NCBI RefSeq assembly: GCF_011386835.1
Contig: NC_088810.1
Span: 24,676,001 to 24,740,000 of the forward strand
DNA length: 64,000 nucleotides
Reading direction: 5' to 3'
Source of the DNA: Chrysemys picta bellii
Lineage: Eukaryota
This document shows, piece after piece, positions 61,960 to 64,000 of the stretch. The translations under genes were made by a program, and so were the position numbers. Numbering within the stretch: the first letter of the stretch is position 1; the number at the start of each line of letters is the position of its first letter. The notes beneath the pieces are model-generated. The model worked only from the letters and a program-made list of their open reading frames with translations, made no database searches and was not told where the DNA came from.

Positions 61960-63454
61960 CCTGAGCAATGCGTGACCGCTCCGAGTGCTGACTGTGTGTG
62001 GGCTGGGGGTGCCTCTGACTGGGGCTGGGCCCCAGGTGGCTCCATCCGCCTGCTTCAGCTGCCCTGATACCAGGCCCAATGCACCTTCCAAACATCTACC
62101 CCGGCTGGGCCTGGGAGCTGGTGGGGGGAAGGGGGGCAGGGCCCACGGCGGCCAAGTCTCTGGGCCGAGTTTCCTGCAAAGCTCCTGCTGTTTATCCAAC
62201 TTTTCCTTCCTGTGTTTGGGACATTATCAGCGTGGTCCCAGCCCCCTCCCCCAGCCAGCCCCCACTTGGGCGGGCAGGAGTCCCTCGCCCAGCACACTGG
62301 GCCGCTGCTCAGAGTGAAGCTGGCATGGGCAAGGAAACGAGGAATGACCTGGGACGGGGGCTCTGCACAGCTCACAGGGGGCCAAATGCCCTGGGCCAGG
62401 ACATGGCTCGACCCCCAGAGGGAGCATCTGTCCCCCCTCTGCCATGGAGCCCCGGCGCTGGGCAGGGGATGGGCCCCTGGGCCTGAGCACCAGGATGTCG
62501 GGGTTCTTGTGCCAGCCCAGGGGTACCACAACTGGCATCGGAACCCCCCACTGCCTCCCGCAGCACCGGGGGCCCCGGGAGGGCTCGGGCAGGGCCGTGC
62601 TGTAGCACCTTTGTCTGAGGGTCCCAGGAGTCCTGGTTCCCAGGCTACCCCTGCTCTAACTGCTAGCCCTTATGCTCTTTCCAGACACAGGGATAGAACC
62701 CAGGATTCCTGGCTCCCAGCCCCCACTGCTCTCACCACTAGCCCCTGCTGCCAGTCCTCCCCTCCCCTCCCTTTATCTGGCTGTGACTCAGTTCCTTGTT
62801 TAGAGAGCTGCTTTCTCGGCCTGTCTCCACTCCAGGCTGTTTCCTGTCGCCTGCCCCCCAAAGATCCCGCCCGTGGCTCTGCCAAGAGCCGGGGGAAGCT
62901 GCAGAGGCGGGAATGCACCCAGCGGGCCAGACTGGCTGGAGCTCCGGCAAAGGTCACAGACCGACCGGCCACTGACCGGCAGCTTGGCGTGCACCAGGCC
63001 CTGCAGGGCCTCCCCGGCCCGGGGCATCCCAGCCTGGGCCTGGCAATGCAGGCGCCTGGGGGGGCCCAGGGGGAAGGCTGGGGGTGGGGCCTGGGTCCCC
63101 CCAGAGACCCTGGCTGCGCCATGCCGCCCGCCCCAGCAGAGGGGCTGCCCCTGGCACTGTCCCGGCACCGGCGGGGACCCGCTGTGCGGAGGCTCCGCAG
63201 GGCCTGGGCCCGGAGCAGAGTTGAGTGGCTGGCGCCAGCGAAACCTCCCTTATCTCAGTGGGAAGTTGGGAGCAGGAAGCCCGGCTGAAAGTGGGATAAG
63301 GGCCCGTTTACATTAACCGCCTTTCCATGGAATTTGCTCCCACCCTCTTAAAGGGCCAACCCCCCAGCGTCAGCCTCGGGGAGCCCCCTCCCCACAGCCT
63401 GAGCCAGGGCCCTGGGCGCAGAGCTGGGGGGGCGAGGGGGAGCAGAGAGGGGGT

Positions 63455-63680
63455 GGACAGAGGTGGTATGGGGGTAACAGCGGGGTGGGCCAACGGGCGT
63501 GGGGCCGGCAGAGGTGGTATGGGCGTAGCAGCGGGGCCAGCGGGGCAGGCCGACAGGCGTGGGGCCGGCAGAGGTGGTAGGGGGTAGCAGCGGGGCCGGC
63601 GGGGTGGGCTGACGGGCGTGGGGCTGGCAGAGGTGGTATGGGGGTAGTGGCGGGGCGGGCCGACAGGCGTGGGGCTGGCT
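63455..63680. repeat. 60-bp G-rich tandem repeat, ~4 copies
   Basis: ggggc(c/t)ggcagaggtggta recurs at 63501, 63561 and 63621. Confidence 0.85.
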
Positions 63681-64000
63681 TCTCAGGCCAGTAGCCTCGG
63701 TGCCTTTGTGTGGCTGTGCGGGAGCCCAGACGGTGGGATTGGAGGCCTGGAGCCCGTCTCATCCCACAGTGCTCTGCCAGGGCCCTGCTCCCCCGAACCA
63801 CGGGGAACCCAGGGGTGTGACAGCAAAACTGGACGACCCAGAGGAGACACCAAGATGGCCCCACGCTACAGAGCCCCTCAGTGCCCCACAGAGCCCCCCA
63901 CCCAGCACTGCCGAGTCTGCCTGCCCCACAACACAGAGCCTCCCCCACTGGGCAGGGCAGACTCCGGCTTGAGGGGAAATGGGGGGAGTCGACCCCAAGG

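Overview
Very GC-rich vertebrate genomic DNA, most likely turtle (inferred from the style of the CR1, Penelope-like and hAT repeats). It carries the conserved amniote block PMVK(-, exon 1 only) - PBXIP1(-) - PYGO2(-) - SHC1(-) - CKS1B(+) - FLAD1(+) - LENEP(+), in the same order and orientation as human 1q21.3; ZBTB7B would be expected just beyond the right edge. I reconstructed the exon chains by hand from splice sites, intron phase and remembered protein sequences. PBXIP1, SHC1, CKS1B and LENEP are intact. PYGO2 exon 3 has five single-base indels and FLAD1 has one, all in G/C runs, so they are most probably long-read assembly errors. Repeats include CR1 LINE pieces, two hAT MITEs, a solo-LTR family present twice (one copy nested in a CR1), MIR-like SINEs and many GC-rich minisatellites, one with higher-order structure. 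I found no convincing wholly new multi-gene system, CRISPR array, rRNA or tRNA. The best leads are regulatory or protein-level: the p66Shc Ser36-Pro motif reads Ser-Leu; a spliced uORF overlaps the p52Shc start codon; FLAD1 has a short leaky-scanning mitochondrial presequence; PBXIP1 has a predicted GC-AG intron and a tandemly amplified splice donor; and a VNTR builds an E-box array in PYGO2 intron 1. Nearly all long ORFs in the supplied track are artefacts of high GC content.
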